From an uncultured bacterium (lineage in GTDB: Bacteria; Chloroflexota; UBA5177; JANWHV01): a DNA stretch of 64,000 nucleotides. A program made the translations under genes and the position numbers. The notes beneath the pieces are model-generated. The model was not told the origin of the DNA, did not search any database, and worked only from the letters and a program-made list of their open reading frames with translations. The number at the start of each line of letters is the position of its first letter. Position 1 is the first letter of the stretch. The DNA is taken from NCBI GenBank assembly GCA_963827235.1, contig CAWHAE010000019.1, positions 32,001 through 96,000 on the forward strand. The letters run 5' to 3'. Shown here piece by piece: positions 61,666 through 64,000 of the stretch.

Positions 61666-61757
61666 GTCCCGTGCATCCAGGCGGCGGCACAACGCCGGAC
61701 ACACCGGCGCCGTCCCCATACTTCCAGACTATATGACGGTGGGGAATGGTCAAGGTG

Positions 61758-62483
61758 TCAGCTTACGTCGATCGTCTCGCCGAGATACGTCTTGCGCACC
61801 AGCTCGCTGAGCAGCAGATTGGACGCGGTGTCTTCCAGCACCACCTCTCCGGTCTGCAACACGTAGCCGCGGTTGGCGATGGTCAGGGCGAGGTTGGCGT
61901 TCTGCTCCACCATGAAGATGGTGACGCCCTGGCGGTTGATGCTCTGCACCGTGTCGAACACGCGCTCCACGAAGATCGGGGAGAGACCCATCGACGGCTC
62001 GTCGAGGATCAGCAACGTGGGCCGGGCCATCAGCGCGCGGCCCATGGCCAGCATCTGCTGCTCACCGCCGCTCATCAATCCTGCGAGCTGTTTCCGACGC
62101 TCTTTCAAGCGCGGAAAGAGGTCGAATACGCGCACCATGTCTTCGCCGATTGCCTTGTGGTCGGTGCGCAGGTACGCCCCGAGCTCCAGGTTCTCCATGA
62201 CGGTCATGCGCGAGAAGACGCGGCGTCCCTCGGGAACCGGCGCGATGCCGGCTTTTACGATGTCGCTGGGCGACATCTTGTCGATGATCTTGCCGTTGAA
62301 CGTCACGTGGCCGCCGGTCGGCCTGACCAGGCCAAGCACGGTCTTCATGGTAGTCGTCTTGCCGGCGCCGTTGGCGCCCAGGAGACAGACGATCTCGCCC
62401 TGCTCGACCCTGTAGTTGACGTTCTTCAGCACGTGGATCGGCCCGTAGTGCGTGTGCACGCCGTTGAATTGCAGCATGCTCAT
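61758..62483 (-). CDS. livF: Branched-chain amino acid ABC transporter ATPase
   Basis: GANGAGKTT, VPEGRRVF, MSGGEQQMLA, VEQNA. Confidence 0.95.
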   Translation of the reverse strand: MSMLQFNGVHTHYGPIHVLKNVNYRVEQGEIVCLLGANGAGKTTTMKTVLGLVRPTGGHVTFNGKIIDKMSPSDIVKAGIAPVPEGRRVFSRMTVMENLELGAYLRTDHKAIGEDMVRVFDLFPRLKERRKQLAGLMSGGEQQMLAMGRALMARPTLLILDEPSMGLSPIFVERVFDTVQSINRQGVTIFMVEQNANLALTIANRGYVLQTGEVVLEDTASNLLLSELVRKTYLGETIDVS

Positions 62484-63358
62484 GAGGCGGCTCCCTCCGC
62501 GGATTCCCGCTTGTCGAGCATCGCCGCCGCGTTCGCCGCCGCTTTTCGGCCGAGATAGGCCTCGATCACCAGCTCGTTGGACTGCACTTCGCGGGGCGTG
62601 CCCTCGGCGATCTTCTGGCCGTAGTCGAGCACCACCACCCGGTCGGACATGCCCATCACGACGTTGAGCTTGTGCTCGATCAGGATGATCGCCAGTTGCT
62701 GGGAGCGGATCCTGGCGATGATGCGAATGGCTTCCTCGGTCTCCGCCGGGTTCATACCCACCGTGGGCTCGTCCAGCAGGAGCAGCTTGGGCCGCGACGC
62801 CATGGCGCGCGCGATCTCCAGCATCCGACGGTCGGCGTAGGCCAGGTTGCGGGCCAGCGTATAGCGATTCGGCAGGAGCCGATCGCCGAAGAAACGGAGC
62901 ACCTCGTAGGCGCGAGCACGCGCCTCCTCCTCCTCCTTCCTTGTGCGCGGCAGCTTCAGGATGTCGCCGAGCAGCCCCGACTTGAGCCGCGCGTGGTAAC
63001 CCACGAGCACGTTCTCCTCCACCGTCATGTTCTGGAACAGGCGGATGTTCTGGAAGGTGCGCGATACGCCGGCTCGCAGTACGGCGTCGGGCTTCTTGCC
63101 CGCCACGTTCTTTCCGGCGACGATGATGCGGCCTGAGGTCGGTCTATAGAGGCCGGTAATCAGGTTGAAGAGCGTAGACTTGCCGGCACCGTTCGGGCCG
63201 ATCACGCCCACGATCTCGCCGGCGCTGATGTGGAAGTCGATATTCTGCACGGCGGCCAGGCCACCGAACGATTTTGTCAGCGCTATCGTCTCAAGGAGGT
63301 ACGGCGCCTCCGTGCCGGCACCGGCTGCCGGCTGAGAGCCCACGACCGCGGCGGTCAC
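62480..63358 (-). CDS. livG: Branched-chain amino acid ABC transporter ATPase
   Basis: [30 protein letters not shown]. Confidence 0.95.
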   Translation of the reverse strand: MTAAVVGSQPAAGAGTEAPYLLETIALTKSFGGLAAVQNIDFHISAGEIVGVIGPNGAGKSTLFNLITGLYRPTSGRIIVAGKNVAGKKPDAVLRAGVSRTFQNIRLFQNMTVEENVLVGYHARLKSGLLGDILKLPRTRKEEEEARARAYEVLRFFGDRLLPNRYTLARNLAYADRRMLEIARAMASRPKLLLLDEPTVGMNPAETEEAIRIIARIRSQQLAIILIEHKLNVVMGMSDRVVVLDYGQKIAEGTPREVQSNELVIEAYLGRKAAANAAAMLDKRESAEGAAS

Positions 63359-64000
63359 GAGGCACCTTCGTTGCGGACGTCGTAGAGCTGCACGTTTTCC
63401 TCCGCCAGCACGGATTCCTCGGTCGGCCTCATCTCGCGGCGTCGCTGGCTGCTGGGGATCAGCCCCTCACGACGGAAGATCATCATCAGCACGAGCATTA
63501 TGCCGAAGATCAGGTATTGCGATTCCACAAAGTCGACGTTCTCCAGGAACTTCAGGAGACTGACGTGGCTGCCGACGTCGCTGGCCCAGTTGTTCAGATT
63601 GGGCAGCAGGTAGTACTGCAGCGTGGCGATGATAGCGGCGCCGAGCACGACACCGGGAACGCTGCCCTGGCCGCCGAGCACCACCATGACCAGGATGGAG
63701 ATCGAGATCAGGAACGTGAACTGCGTGGGGTCCACCAAGCCCAGGCGACTGCCCTGCATCACGCCGGCGAAGCCCGAGAAGAAGGCACCCATCACGAACG
63801 CCATCAGCTTGGTGCGCATGATATTGATGCCCATGCAGGATGCCGCCAGCTCATCTTCGCGCATGGCAACCCAGGCGCGCCCGAGCCGGGAGGTCTGCAG
63901 GCTGTAAGCGATCAGGATGATCACCGTGAGCATGCCGAGGCCCAGGTAGTACCAGGGAACCTGGTCCGACTGCCCGAACTGCAACCCGGCGAAGCTCGGC
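63355..64000 (-). CDS. livM: Branched-chain amino acid ABC transporter permease (5' part outside window)
   Basis: SRLGRAWVAMREDELAA, MVVLGGQGS. Confidence 0.92.
   Translation of the reverse strand, partial: PSFAGLQFGQSDQVPWYYLGLGMLTVIILIAYSLQTSRLGRAWVAMREDELAASCMGINIMRTKLMAFVMGAFFSGFAGVMQGSRLGLVDPTQFTFLISISILVMVVLGGQGSVPGVVLGAAIIATLQYYLLPNLNNWASDVGSHVSLLKFLENVDFVESQYLIFGIMLVLMMIFRREGLIPSSQRRREMRPTEESVLAEENVQLYDVRNEGAS

Overview
GC-rich bacterial chromosomal segment, probably Chloroflexota. The evidence is the GroEL tail [12 protein letters not shown], variant CIRCE arms TAGCAGTC and kinase N-termini of the 'TWxPxW..RxP..Y' type; the taxon is inferred. Contents, left to right: (1) ~0.2-15 kb, a signalling island with five sensor histidine kinases, a GGDEF-EAL protein and a decayed receiver gene. 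(2) A transposase-like remnant. (3) ~16-32.5 kb, a B12-photoreceptor (CarH/LitR) carotenoid region: crtI, two-subunit lycopene cyclase, methyltransferase, GT2-acyltransferase fusion, Mo oxidoreductase, crtB, YbjT-like SDR, MMPL, DUF4397, a peptidase-S51/CysRS-C-terminal fusion and a NiCoT permease, with a 22-bp palindrome present twice. (4) Small accessory genes. (5) A monomodular NRPS with atypical A and TE domains plus a PPTase. (6) GMPP/PMM, amylosucrase and a LacI regulator. (7) A decayed REC-PilZ gene, two more kinases and a serine-hydrolase remnant. (8) groES-groEL with two CIRCE elements, a histidine phosphatase, a YncE-like propeller and livF-livG-livM(partial). Most notable: four kinases share one distinctive kinase core fused to unrelated sensors, no intact response regulator is present, the NRPS chemistry is unusual, and there is a highly structured intergenic element at ~4.87-5.07 kb. 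All calls are by eye from motifs; no database searches were run.
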